A DNA stretch of 63,663 bases, the filler included, from Platydemus manokwari (taxonomy: Eukaryota), in assembly GCA_037951405.1 (NCBI GenBank). It is 6 parts of 6 records of this genome, joined end to end, with 100 filler letters (N's around TTAATTAATTAA, not from the genome) between each part and the next. Parts side by side here need not be neighbours in the genome. Positions count along the whole stretch, not along the records: positions 11,772 to 22,065 come from JBBMOY011147882.1; positions 22,166 to 34,088 come from JBBMOY010391111.1; 4 more parts are not named here. The stretch is one strand, 5' to 3'. Below the pieces are notes generated by a model that searched no databases, was not told where the DNA came from, and saw only the letters and a program-made list of their open reading frames with translations. Positions 11,772 through 26,029 of this stretch are shown one piece after another (the stretch's first letter is position 1; each line of letters begins with the position of its first letter). Both the position numbers and the translations under genes were made by a program.

Positions 11772-13991
11772 AATAGAGTGGACGGTTTTATATAATATTT
11801 AGCTGAGCAAAATAGCTAACTTGTAAATTTCACATTTCAGTATCGTCAACCAGTTCTCATCATTGTCAAAATTGATTAGATTAAGGTATCCATTGCCTTT
11901 ATTCCACTAAAAAACCTTTAGATAGTGATAGTAATTAATTTACCAATAACTAGGTCTTCATACCCATTTTTAAAACCCTATAGGAGCCAGTAAAATAAAT
12001 CACACCCACAAAATATTTAATAATTTGTTCATTGGAAAATAAATTCTGCCCTAACTAAGATCAGACAAAATCTCTAACTGATGAGTGAAGGTAGAGGAGA
12101 TACATATATATTATAATCAAACACTTTGCTGTTCAGTTTTCTTGAAGTCTTAACTAGGTATTTTTTCAGCTGTCAGTATGATAACTTGATATGTTTTTGA
12201 TCAATAGTTACTACTGTCTAACCAGTCCTCAAATACTTATTAATTATTTTTCATTTCGAAACTAAGCAATATCAAATTTCTCTAAGGCACTTAAATTATT
12301 ATTTCGTTAGAAAAATTCTTTAAATATATCTCTTTTAACAAATACATTTAAATTTAATCTGTTTCTTAGAAATAAAAAGGATTTGAATTCGTCTTCTAAC
12401 AATCTTTAATTAAGCAATATCAATTCTTAATTGATATAACTTCGGTCGACATTAAGGTGACGAAATAATTGTTTTACTCTATGAAATCTGTAATATTTGA
12501 TTCTTTATAATTTTTCTTCAAATACCCATTCAACCCAGATACATTACTTCTTACAATAATCTTTTAGTGAGCCAATGACTAACGTCGTTATACAAATAAA
12601 TTAAAATTAGCAAGGATCTTCAGATAAAGGTTTTATACAGACTTTAAAACATATGATTACAATATTATACGGAAATTCAGGATTCGTAAACATGTTATTC
12701 CTAGCTATATAATACCATTGCTTTACCAAATTATTTGCTTTTTGGATTCCATCAAGGAAAAGTCATTTGAATAGATGGGACTAAAATGGTTTAAATCGAA
12801 TTAAGCTAGCTTTAGATAGACATATAAATTTTATATCCATGTCACAAAACAATAACATTCTTAACAATCCTAATTGTAATTAATTATTTGCTGATTTGAA
12901 CAAATAATTTTTAACATGTTACTAGTAAATATAACAATAACATTCCAAAGTTTTTTAATTCTACGACCATAATTAACATTGTATTCAATATTCAATGTCA
13001 AACTGCTAAATAGGTCGAAATTTAAGTTTGTATTTAATATATTCATACATCACCCATTGGTGACACTTGACTACTAATTTCTTAATAAAACGATTTAAAT
13101 TGTTACAACAACAAATCCAAACAATATCTCCCAAACTTAATATTTTATTTCCATTCTCGAAATACTATTAAAAAATATTTACAAAATCACTTAAATCTTC
13201 AATTAAATTTATTTTTCAATAATTTTAATTCGTCAATTATTGAGGAATGTCAAATTATGTCCACCCAAACAACTACACGAAATGGCGATCATACAAACGA
13301 CAAAATTGATAACATAAACATGTAAACAAAATGTATAATTAAATTTTCAAACTTTTAAAGTTTTATAACAATGTATCTGAATAAAAACAATATTTAAATA
13401 CAATCGTTATGTTAAAAAATACAAATTAATTTTTTAGGAAAAAACTAGTAATTTTTATAATTTTATAAAAATACAAAATCACTGTAAACATTCACAACAT
13501 AACATAAACTCAATTCAATAGGCTTTGAAACTGTTAAATGAATATTTTAAATAATAATTTCTGTTATTATATACATTCATCTACTGATAAATTCTAATCG
13601 AAAAACCAAAAATCATTGAAGATTATACTTAATAATGATAATAAGATAGAAACATGCTTGTGTAGTAAGACAAATGAAAGACACATTCAAACAATGATTG
13701 GGACAACTGATTGCCAATTAATTTAAAATGCAATGCCCTGCAACTCTAGTTGAGAAATTGTTAAAAGTACAGTTCAACACACTTCAAAGAGAAAGCATCA
13801 TGGACCGAAAGAGTTCATTTGTACAATGGAATATATATTACTAGCTTCAAATGAAAGGCAAGTGGGAGGGGATATAATGAGAAAGAATTATATCCACCAG
13901 GTCAAGATGTAGAGCTATGAAATTTAATCATTAAATAATCCAATGTTTAATGACTACTATATAACACACTTTATCACAATTTCTAAATTGA

Positions 13992-16900
13992 TTAACAGCT
14001 GAACTGAGATCCACTTTTGAGATCTAAATTTAAATTTACATGAGGCAACCAGGAAGCGAAGTAATTCGAATTTTTACTACTGTTCCTATTTGCATCAGAT
14101 AGATTCAATGTTAAATTAAGATTGTGAGCTGGTGGCGCTGAAGATCCGCGTCCAGTAGACTGATCGTTTTTCAATGAGTGTTTAAATTTGAAATGCTTAT
14201 CAGATGCGGCATTATAGGATTGTTTAGATCTGCCCCGTGAAGATATTTGAAATGCATTGGGTTTTGGTGAGGTAATCGGTTTGAAAACATTGATTGAGTT
14301 TGGATTTGCTAGCACGGATTTTGCAGGCGAGAGGATATGCTAGAAATGAAATCTGTTAACTTTGTGAATCGAACATTTATGAGAACATCTAATTGTATTG
14401 AGCATGGCGGGGATTTTATAATATTGGGTTAGAGTAATATACAGGATGTCCAAAATGTTTCCCCCGATTTTATAAGATAAACAAAAGTAAGTTTTCAATG
14501 AATTTTATTGTATGATGAAAGAGAACTACGAGCACAATGATAAATATCGAAGAAAGAAACAATAAAATTAATTGAAAACTTACATTCGTTTATCTTATAA
14601 AATCGGGCGAAACTATTTGGACACCCTGTATTTTTATACGATACCTATGGATACATACATACAAGAAGATAATTATCTTGGGTTTATGTTGAAACATTTG
14701 TAATACATTTCTCAATAATTAAATTGGCACCCCAACCAACAAACCATAAGTTAGCAGGAAGTCTATTATTTAAAAGTATATCATTAATGTTTACAATTAT
14801 ATACATTTATTAACCTAATCAAATTAACTAACTCTACCCAGGTTTTAAATCCTGCATATGTTAAAAATTTGTACATTAAAAAGTTTTAAACATAAAATCA
14901 AATTTCAACGGGAGCCACACTAAGAACATTGCTATTACATTAAAATGATAGCTTATAGAATTATGAGTTAAAGGAATAAAAATTCAATATGTTCGTCAAC
15001 GTGTTAACATGTTTTCAAGAAATAAAAATTTTCAGGTAAATAAGACAAAACAGACTAATCCCTCTTATTTCTATAGTAGACTGAAGAGATTGTTTTAATT
15101 TCTTATTACATACATGTCTTACATTGAATTTGTATTAAATATCAGATAATATTTAGAAAAATATCTACAAAACAATTTCATTTGTTCAACGCACAGCAGA
15201 GTATTGAAGGTTTTAACTGAATTGATATTAGATCTAGTGTGGTAATTATTGAAACAAAACACCCACGAGTTTCTAATAATTTGTGATTAATTGATAAATT
15301 TTTCAAGATTATTTATAGTACTCCAAAGAGTGCGTTTATTTTAATCGACGGAAACAAATTAGAGAATTTTATTGTCAAAACTTGAATTCACTTTAATACA
15401 AATAAGACCATCGTTTTTTCCAATCATATTAAAAATATAACAGTAATAATAAATTTTAAATATTTTTCTATTCTAACAAACAATAGATCTGGGGTTGAGA
15501 GAATTTATTTGAGATTTGTTATTATTACTATTCACAATATTTATATCCTCTAGTAATACATATAATATATAAATTGTATATAAAATGTTTATAACTTAAT
15601 CACATTTATACACACAGAAATGTATTAAATAGCTAAAGATTTGCCTGGAAAGAATATTTACAGAATTTGATTTTAATATAGCAATCAATGAATTTATAGA
15701 CATTGTGTTTTTTACAGAGTTTTGATTAAGAGAATTTTAAACTAATTAAATTCAGATGAAAAATACTGATAATAATTTCACGTTATCGATAAATTTTAAG
15801 ATCAATCTAATTTTAAATACCATATTAATAACTAAATAAAAATAACCTATCTTTGATCAATATAGTTGTGTTTACCATATGAGTTATAATTGGCGCCTAT
15901 TTCAAATTATTTAATAAGAATTTGGACATATCTCATTCTATATTTGTATATCATTTTCTATCATAAACGTGTGAAAATAAATATCATCGGTATGTTGAAA
16001 TCAAAAATCGATAATTTCACAACAAAGGATAAATTACAAATAGAAAAATGCATCAACGATATATTTAATGAATTCATAAAGGCATATTTGAACCACATCA
16101 AATAAGAAATGTAAGAAGAAATAGAAGATCTTAGGATTAGGCAAAGATCATAAATTCTTATTTATAATGCGTAGTAATTTGAGTATCGTCTATGTGATTG
16201 TTTCTTGAATCGAAACATTCTATCAATATAATTTATAGATGTCAAACAAAAAGAACAATTTGTACGAATATAAACTAAAAGAAAGAGTAATAGTTTATAT
16301 TCAACATAATTAACTCTACAAAAAATCATATCTGAAATGCTGAAGACCATTTTGATCTTCAAAAAGCTAATTTTAATAATAGTTTGGTTTCGAAAATAAT
16401 ATATTACCATTTAATTGTAATTTATTAATATCAATATCAAAGTTTCAGAGTGTCATTTAAGTTCACCAGATTCAAACAAAAACGATGACATTGAAAGTAG
16501 ACAAAAATCAGTATCTTTTTACCGGTCATTAATCGGCAACTTTCGGATATAATAAAGGATTGTTGTGAAATGTGAATAATTAATAATTCAGTTTACGCAT
16601 TGCTTTTGTTTCTTTAACAAATATTTTAGCAATATATTTTAATAATTCTTTAATATGTCAAATACCACCATGGTAATTTCTAATCTCTTTAATCTAATTA
16701 ATTGAATTATTATATTTTATAAAGGAAAATGTGTATCAATACAAATTTTATAATTATAAAATATAAAAATCCTTTTTAATTTAATTTTTCTAAAGAAATC
16801 AGCAATAATAGTATCACGTCATCAAACATCTTTAAATTTATTTATTTTCTTGTAATCCGGTAAAGTTATAAAGGGCTAAAATTCACTTAAAACTCCATGC

Positions 16901-19900
16901 TCGAAATTTAAAAGAATTTCAGACACACGCTACCCCGTCAAAAAATTTAATAGATATTTTTAAATAACTGCTATATAAAGTTAAAATTATTTCTAAAAAT
17001 GCCCTTACATCACTGCTTTGAAAATATAACCCATCATTGTTTGTAGTTGATTGAGGATCTTCGTCTTCTGTCATTATATCTAAGGACAAAGTAGGACTAC
17101 AAGATTCCCTGCATTCTTGAGATTTATTCTGAATTTCATAAGTCGATAATAACGAATGTGAAGCACTTTCTTTTGATTGATAACTATCTCGATCTGGAAG
17201 AACGACTGCCGAGAGCATTCTCATAACAGACCACATAGCATGATCAACCTGACGCCAGTTAGATTTATTATTTCTTCGACTTCGTGATTTTTTATTTCTT
17301 TTATTCGAATCAAATGGTTGGGAAGTACTAAATTTGCGATTTTGTACAGACTCAGATCTCGATCGTTGTTCACTTGATTCGGGAGGATGTTTAGGAACAC
17401 AAGTCCACATTTCATGGATAGAATTTCGATTTGTATTCGTTGTCGTTCCAATTGTCGCCGACCTATTTGTATTTCTCCATCTACATCTTTCACAGGGTAT
17501 GCGTTTCCTGTGATCTTGAAAAGAATTAAATTAAATCAAATTGATAAAAATTGGGAAAAGGCTATCATGATTAAATGAAACAAATGATAATTATCAACAA
17601 AATCTTACCCAGCCACTTAAAATAACACGAAGGACAGTTTGAGATGGCTGGTGGATCAGCTAAATAAAATTAAATCAACTTCGTAAAAATAATATTTTAA
17701 AATTTTAAATTTCGACCATAATATTTATTAGCACAAATGAAGATGTAATTTTCGGGGCTTTATATTCACGAAAATCAATATAAAATTTGAAACAAATGAT
17801 CAAAATTGATTTAAACAGAAAATCTATTAGAAAATAGAAACTCAACTTATCTGACAAGCATTTGTAAATAATAAAAAGTTTTTTTTAACTCTAAAAAGTA
17901 CTCCAAATTGGTTTTAAATTCCTTTATAAGATTTTCATTCGATAAAAATATCGATTTGTTGGTTTTAAATGAAACTTTCAATTAAAATGAACTTAAAGTT
18001 TGCCATTTTCTTTGGTTGGATTTCATTGTTATTGAAAGAATTTGTCTACTATGTTTATTACTGATTTTTCCCCTAAATTTTATTGATGTTTGAAGAAATT
18101 AAAATTTTCTTAAACAATTTTTTGTCTGGGTTTTTATTTGATTTTATAATAATTGATAATTTTGTCTTTATTTCATCTATTAATACTATTTCTTCATCTT
18201 TAGTATTCTATAAACTTTATATATAACACTTAAAATATATTAATTTTTATATTAGTGAAAATCATCTCATATTAGAATTTAGACCAATTTTCTTCTAAAG
18301 CTTCACAAAGACGAAATTAAGTGAGATGACATAAACTTCCAATTATATTTAACATTATTTTAGAGAATTAATGATAAAAATTTTGTGGTGTCAATGTTGC
18401 TACACAGATGACTTTTATGAGCGTAAATTTACCGTAGATAACCACAAAAGCAATTTGAATTACGAACAGCAGCGATAGTTCATCGTAATCAGTAACCAGT
18501 TGAGAATTTCAATTTGCCACATACTTCATAGACAAAACTAGGTTAATAAAAGTACAATAATTAAGAATGCTTATTTTCCGAAATAAATAATCCAGTGCGT
18601 TTTTAGTAGATCTACAATCACGAGTCGTTACTTATATTGCAAGTTTTGTCAATTTTAGAAATGAATAGCGCATCTGATTCTCTTGAAGAGTATTCACATC
18701 TATATCAGCGAAGTTTTTCAATATTTTTGGGCAAATATTATCTGAAGAAATTCTAAGTGAGGAAACATAGAAAGCCATTATTATGAGAAATCAATGTGGA
18801 ATAAATGAGTGCTAGGATACAGAATATCAAATATTTTAAAATGAATTAAAATCACAGCTTGACTATCATCCAAAAATACAGAGCTACGGAAAAGGTTTTT
18901 AAAATGTAATTTATCCGCGATATTAGAATTTAATAAAATATTTTTGGTTACTTTGAACATTTTTCAAAAAAATTAGTCGGTAATGATCAAAAAGCTTAAT
19001 TTAAATGACTGCATAAAATTCTGTGTACTTCTTAGAATAAGTCTATCATATTCACAGTGATGAATCTTCTGGAAACTAAGAACTCAATTGTTAATAAGCT
19101 CAATAAGTCATGAATTAATATTTTTCTTGACAGAGTAGATCAACTAAAAATAGAGAATCTATAAAAATTAGATCATGTATCCAGTAATTGGAAAAATGAA
19201 TATCAAATGAGTTTCAACAAAACCTCTTGTTTATAAAAATGATAATCAAGTTGACTAAGTAATGTAAATAAGTATGGTAATGAGAATTTGTTACAGTCTC
19301 CTGGTGATTATTTTTACTTACGACGGCAATAGCGAACAAATAAAATCTCAAAAATTTTAAATATCTCAATACAAGTTAGTGTGACAATAAAATAAAATCA
19401 ATATCGGGAACTTAGAAAAGAATTTTCGATAACTTAAAAGCTTTTCCAGTTTTTACCATCAGCCATGTCTATACTTGGCATGCTAATATGAATAATTGAA
19501 AATCCGAATAAATCTTGTTCAACTTGATGGCGTATTTCCTTTTCCAGATTGAAGCAATTTTCATTGATGTTTTGCGTTCTTATTTTTTATCGCTTATTTT
19601 ACAAAAATAATATTTTTTGAAATTATAAATCTTAATTTAATTGTTATCAAATGTTGAGATCAAATTTAATGAAATTGAAGAAATTAAAATAGATATTTCA
19701 ACTATCAATATTTGTTAAGTGAACTTCTTAGGAAATGCCATAACACTTATACCCACAGTAACAAAATCTTATATAAATAAATCTTAAATATTACTTGGAT
19801 CTTCAGAGCCTTTTATGCTTTCATATATAGGTCGTCTGAAACTTGAAAATTCAAATACGGGTAAATTTCCTAATGATATTTTTCTTAAATTCGGAGCACT

Positions 19901-21417
19901 TGCACACATGTTTGATTCTCCTTGAATTGTTATTCCACAGGTGCTACTAGGAGTTTCTACACAAGGAGAAGGTGATTCAACACTATCTGCATACTCCGTC
20001 AACAATCGTGAATCTTCGTAATTAAATTGATTTGGAGGTGATAGTGTTTCTTGATCTGTTTCGTTTGAACTTTTCAATCGAGATCGATTACTGAATAGTA
20101 ACTTTTCATTGCTTTTCGGTCCCCAGGTGTGCATTTTACAAGAATCTAAAAAAGCATAAATAATAGAATGGAAAAAATTACGTAAATGTCGATTCATACA
20201 GTATATAAGAACGTTCCGCTAAGGATATTAAATCATTTGAATATAAAACAATTAGAAGGATTAAATATATAAAAATCGCTTATAAAGCCCTCAAATTTTC
20301 TCTAGTGTATAAAATTTTCAATGAAAATTAATAATTATTTATCCAAATTGAAAACTTCAACATAATTAATTGGATAGACTTTAAAAGGTCTTTAAAGATT
20401 TTAACCATGAAAGAAATGACCAAAATAAATTCGAAGAGAAATCAAAGATTGTAAAACACTTTATTCCAAATATATATATCACAATTATTGAAAAAATGCA
20501 CGCCCATTCAAGCTAAATCAAAAAGTGATAAATTATAACAAATAAAATAAATTCCTATCTATTTATATTTGTGTATAAAAAGAAAGCAGCACGATTATTT
20601 GCCAAAATATTTATTAATATTGTTACACATGGTGATGTATTCAAATAAATAAATATATTTATAACAATAATATTCCACAAAAAGCTACTAAACACAGATA
20701 TTTTGGATGAAATAGATTTAGTAATAAGCAAGTAATTTACCTGGGAAAAACCGTAAAGCAGGTGAAGTTAGATTAAAATCCTGTTGAGATATATGCACTA
20801 CATGTTGAAGATTACTGGGGGCACTAATATTAGGATTGCCGGTAATATCCTCTGAAGTAGTTGGGGTTCCGGTATCGGGACTATGGTGATGGTGATGATT
20901 TACACCAGAAGTATTGACATTATTAGCCCAGAACTTTAGTCGACCGACGAAAGGTCGTTTTCTTGGTGGAGGAACAGGGGGTGTAGGTAAAGAATTTTCA
21001 TCAGTACCGGGCAATCGAGGAAACTGATTTGCTGCTAAAACTGTAAATAACATCCATTGGCTAAAAGTTCCCATCGCCCTAGAGCACGCAGCTTCTCTTC
21101 GTTGCATATCTTCTTCCCGTCTTTGTAATTCTTCTTGTGCATAGGCCAACTCTCGCCTTTGCTCAAGAAATTCATCTCTCTCATTATCAGACGAGTTCAT
21201 AGATTCCTATAGGAAAGATATTTTATAAAATTAAAAAACTGAAAAATAAATACATCGCTAATTTTTTCTGCAATCCGAATCTGTTCGCGCCATCCTTCTT
21301 GAATAGTGAAAAATTCTTCGGGTAATATATCCATAAATTTACATTTCTCTGCACGATTGAGAACACGAACAATTTCATCAAAATCAGGCCTTAAACTCTT
21401 TACTTCAGCCCAACTAC
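13992..21417 (-). CDS. Mixed-lineage kinase (MLK/MAP3K9-11/slipper-like), 3' portion: kinase C-terminus, leucine zipper, CRIB, C-tail
   Basis: Exons 21417-21254, 21206-20741, 20145-19795, 17659-17609, 17514-17009 and 14339-13992 have compatible phases. Motifs: SWAEVKSLRPDFDEI..FFTIQEGWREQI (MLK kinase end), zipper EELQRREEDMQRRE, CRIB ISAPSNLQHVVHI..SPALR, and TWGP. The 5' part is lost at the 22066 gap. Confidence 0.88.
14442..14628. mobile_element. Tc1/mariner-type MITE in MLK intron
   Basis: TA-flanked, with ~65-70 bp imperfect terminal inverted repeats CAGG(A/G)TGTCCAAA..CCGATTTTATAAGATAAAC..GTAAGTTTTCAAT. Confidence 0.85.
18380..19000 (+). mobile_element. Possible hAT (Charlie/SPIN-like) transposase remnant
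   Basis: AFLVDL at ~18597-18615 and an upstream LP(Y)HT-like trace. Heavily decayed. Confidence 0.3.
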
Positions 21418-22065
21418 CTTAAATCAAAAAGTTATCTGGTACAAGTTTAAATATTTGAATCTTTATAATTGTAAATTTATCGATAAAGCTGGCTTGTAAA
21501 GAAAATAGAAAGAGTAATGAGAGTAGATAACCATTGTATTAAGTTATTCAGGATATAATCAAAATCATTTATAACAATAATATATTAGATTAACAGCCTA
21601 ATTAAATTTACTTTAAAATCTTATAAAACTATATTATCTATCTTTCTCCAGAATATATTCGTTAGATAATTTTGAAATCAACACTAATATTTCATAAATC
21701 CTTTCTGATCATACCGAGAAACAAGGAACAGGAGTAAAAATATGAATTTAGAACTCCTTGTATTTTGATATAAAATAAAAATAACTAAGGGTTTTTTATA
21801 TGATTTATTAAATTAATTTTGGTGTTTTAATAACGAAATCTTATCACTCAAATTGAAGTTTTTAAATGTTGGGCTTTTATCCAAATTTGTATTAATCATG
21901 TTTAGAAAATTATCGGTTTTGAATTCAAGTTCCTGTGAAACTTATATAAGACATAAGAATCCAATAATTATGAACCAAATAATTTAAATTTATTCATTTT
22001 TAATTTGAAGTTATTAATCAAAATACATTTATTAAAAATAAAAAATTTCGGGAATATCAATACAA

Positions 22066-22165
22066 NNNNNNNNNNNNNNNNNNNNNNNNNNNNNNNNNNN
22101 NNNNNNNNNTTAATTAATTAANNNNNNNNNNNNNNNNNNNNNNNNNNNNNNNNNNNNNNNNNNNN
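22066..22165. other. Artificial assembly spacer
   Basis: 44 N + TTAATTAATTAA + 44 N. Confidence 0.98.
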
Positions 22166-25162
22166 ACTATGCAAAATGTACTTTAAATAAATAAATATTT
22201 TTCAAAAAAAACCGAAATTTTAAGGTTATACACCTAATATGAAAATAGCATAAAACTTCCAGAATGCCGGCAAATGTGTGTGAAACTTAAAGGTAACTAT
22301 TTTCAACATTTCAGATGTTTTGTTTATATTTCTCAATTTAAATATTTTTTTATTGGATAAATAAATATTATTTTTCATCGGACAGGCCTTTCATTCCAAT
22401 CCTATATTTAACGATTAACTGCATCAGATATTGCACAATAATCTTTATTTATTTGCTCATTTAATTATTCATTAAATATTTCAAATCGCTTATAATCGAT
22501 TGGGAAAAAAATAATAATAAATCAAATAAAAAATTCAAATACAAATCGATGTTGGGAAATTTTAACTGGCAATGAAATGAAAAATCGAGAATCAATGGAC
22601 AATGATATTAAATTATTAAAAGCATCATTTTTTCTTCTTTCGTAATGAATTATTTTTTCCAACTTGAAAATAATTATCAAATGAGATATTAATTTCGATT
22701 TCAAGAACACAAAAATCAATAATTTCAACTGTGATGAAATATTTTCAAAAATCAAGTTAAAATTTTTTTTTGATTAAATTACTGAGGATTTTTTCAATCG
22801 CTTTTATTCTTTCCGTTTATTTCTTTGTATTGAAGAAAAAAATGGGAATTTTTTTTTCAATTTCAAATCATTTGCTTGCATTTGTTTTCAATAAACAACG
22901 ATAGTGGGAAAACGAATATAATTAATAATAGTTATATATTCACTCCATATGGGATTAAATTATAATTATATCTGGAGATTTTAAAGGAAAAAAAAATTAT
23001 TATTGAAGAAATCCGGTGAAAACAAAGTAGTCGATAGCAATAAAATTTGAATAAATGCCATAATTGATGCAGGTTTTGTTTTGTTTTATCGAAAAGATCA
23101 ACAGTAGCTGTCGGAATTCATAAAAATATTAAGAAAAAACTTATTTCCTCTTTTTGCTTTTTCCTTATGCATTCCCTCATAATAATAATAATTGACTGGG
23201 TCAAGTTTTTCCTTGAGGTTACAATTGGAGAATTCATGATATTGCGACTAATTTTTGTAATTGAGATTGAGAAATTTCCTCAATCCAGTGTTATAACTGA
23301 AAATTTGATAATTCTTCTTGAAAATGGTTATTACTGTACGGCCTACAGAATTCTAGATAAACTAATTTTTGATACTGTTTTCAATAAAAATTTCAGCAAA
23401 TTTTTCATGTTAATGTTATGAGATTTTCGAATCGTAAGATTTGAGTCATTGAACCCAATTAGTTTATCGATAGATCTGTTTTGAAATACTTTATCGTCAC
23501 CAGTATTGAAGTGGACCTCGGATTCATCAGTTTGCAATTTGTAAGCCTGTCATTTCGAACTCGTGAACGTAAGATCGTTATCACTCATCATTGTAAAATG
23601 ATTACATGGTCGAATTGAATTCTATTTCCGATTCAGGAGATTCCTCAAATAATGAATTAATTTCGATACAAAAATTATCTGTGGGTCAATTTTCAATTTA
23701 TATCTCTTTATAAAAAATATTTTTTTCTTGATCTCGTTTTTACCATTGTTTTCAAAATTATTTTAAATAAAGATTTCATTAATTTAATATTATACTGATA
23801 AATTCAAAGTGATTTAATCCGTTCAAATCTCCCAATTAAAAATTATCCTTAATTAATCGCATTGAAATAATTCTAAAATTTTTCATAAATGAATGCTCAA
23901 GTTTTTATTTAATTATTGTTGAATATCTTGATTAATAAATGACATTTTTATTTCTATATATAAATATAGATTCACATTTAGCATCCTTAAAACTGTTTCA
24001 AAAGTCGATAGCTACTGGGAAAATTATTTTAAATTTATTACCCTATAATAAAACATTCAATTTAAAAGATTATATATTATGCTTGATAATAAATTGCAAT
24101 TAGGACTGTTATCAGAGGGCCAAGAGGAAAATGTGAAAGAAATGAGAGTAGAATTTCAAATATATATTAACGAGAGAATTGTTATCTGAAAGATTAAATA
24201 TTGATCCTATTATATACTGATCAGTAAAAACCACTAATCAGTGACCGAAGAAATTTTCAATATCAGAGAACCCTTATGACATTAGACTCATTAAATTGAA
24301 TTAGAAATAAGTAGAAATCAAGTAAGGTCTAAATGAAAATCCCTTAAACAAATACAATGGAGACACACCCTGTGTAAGTATTAAAAAATTTAGTATAAAT
24401 AAGAAGACCAAAACGATTAACTTTGGATTTCAAATATACATAAGATTAAATTAAGAATTATGATTTTAATTCTAATCTTGAGTTGTTTCTAGTGTTTGAA
24501 AAGTTGTGAATTATTGCATTACATATCATTTGAATTGATTACGAAGAGTAACTATTGCAGGACATTTTATTATGTCTAGAATATACTTCTAAGTGGTATA
24601 ACAAATCCGTTATGGAAATAAAATAGGAATCCTTATGTTTTACAAATATTATGTTTTGAGTTCATTGATTTCATTCTTTAATCGGTTCTATTTCATTACA
24701 TTGAAAATCAATTCCTCTTGAAAGATATGGAAGTATAGAATAATTATCATCTCTGTTCAAAGCAGCCTTTGATTCCAGTTTTATTCTAAAGCTTGCAAAT
24801 CTTTTGATCTTTAGTTAATATAATTATAATAAAATTTTCAAACACTGCGTATCATTTTATGGATATCTTTAATAATCTATTATCAGATCGTTCCTTTATT
24901 TTACTGGTAGTAGACTATCACGAACAAACCATAAATGTATGGTCACCAGTTGTATTTTATATTAACTTTAGAAGACATCAATTTTCAATAAATTGATTAT
25001 CTAATGAAAACATCAAGATATTTTTCATAATTTAAAATTCACTTTTATCGTGCAGTGAATCCATTGGAAAAATATATCGGGTAATTTTTGAATTTATTAC
25101 TTGGTTGTATAATCACTCGAAGAGAAATTTACAAAAACAACATCTCAAAAATACGTTTTAAG

Positions 25163-25381
25163 TTAACCACCTAATGCGAGGGTTTTTCTGTGAAACTAAA
25201 TTCGAACGAGCATAAAATAAATATACAGTAAGCTCTATGAAATACAAACGAGCGAGAAGGTATCGCTCCAGATAAAAATATAAAAATAATATTTATAAGG
25301 GGCGATATGTACTCGGGATAGTGCAAATCGGAACACATCTGATGCGCGAGAGGGTCTCGCTCGAGATGCTTAAGTGGTTAA
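25163..25381. mobile_element. piggyBac-like MITE
   Basis: TTAA at both ends, with short inverted termini CCACCTAA / TTAAGTGG. Confidence 0.6.
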
Positions 25382-25476
25382 GAAGACGGGTCCTTTTATC
25401 TACTTTCGTAATGATCAATTTTCACTCTTGAGATAATTTTATAACTAAATTTTGCATATAATTGCGATATTTATTT

Positions 25477-26029
25477 CAGTGATTCCCAAAGTGGGCGCTG
25501 CAAGGATCCAGAGGGTCGGTGGTGAATACAAGCTCATTAGGGGGCGATTATACGATAAGAATCTAAGAAAATGTTTATTAAAAATTTTGATGTATCTCGT
25601 TTGCTCAAAACGCTTAATTTATCTTTAAACAACGTATTGTACGTTCTCACTAATTTTTATTGAAGTATGTGTAATCGCGAACTCAATGCTATTGTTTGTG
25701 CGCTTTGTCGATTGCAACGCCGAAATCTGGTAGTAGAGCTGTAGTATTTCTGGGATTCCCCGTAATAATTAACTTGAATAAAACTAAGAAAAAGGTCAGT
25801 TTGTTGTGATATTACGAGAAGTTAAAATTAAGTAACAAACAGTGTAACTGGAATTGCTAAGTATCAAATATTTTGTAATAATAATAAACCCTTTACAATT
25901 AATATTACGATGTTTATTGATTACATCAGAATTTTAATTTACTTTTCACAAAAATGTCTGAAAATACCTCTATAAATTTGGTGTTGGTTAGTTTGGAAGC
26001 GATACACCCGAAAATTTTAGTAATCACTG
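25477..26029. mobile_element. hAT-family non-autonomous element (MITE)
   Basis: TIRs CAGTGATTCCCAAA / TTTAGTAATCACTG and a perfect 8-bp target-site duplication ATTTATTT (25469-25476 and 26030-26037). Confidence 0.88.

Noticed and set aside
15890-16410. Short AT-rich ORFs in the MLK intron (similar ones at 22522, 23167, 30430, 53522, 54191)
   Set aside because: No motifs or splice support. Their composition is typical of chance ORFs in AT-rich DNA.
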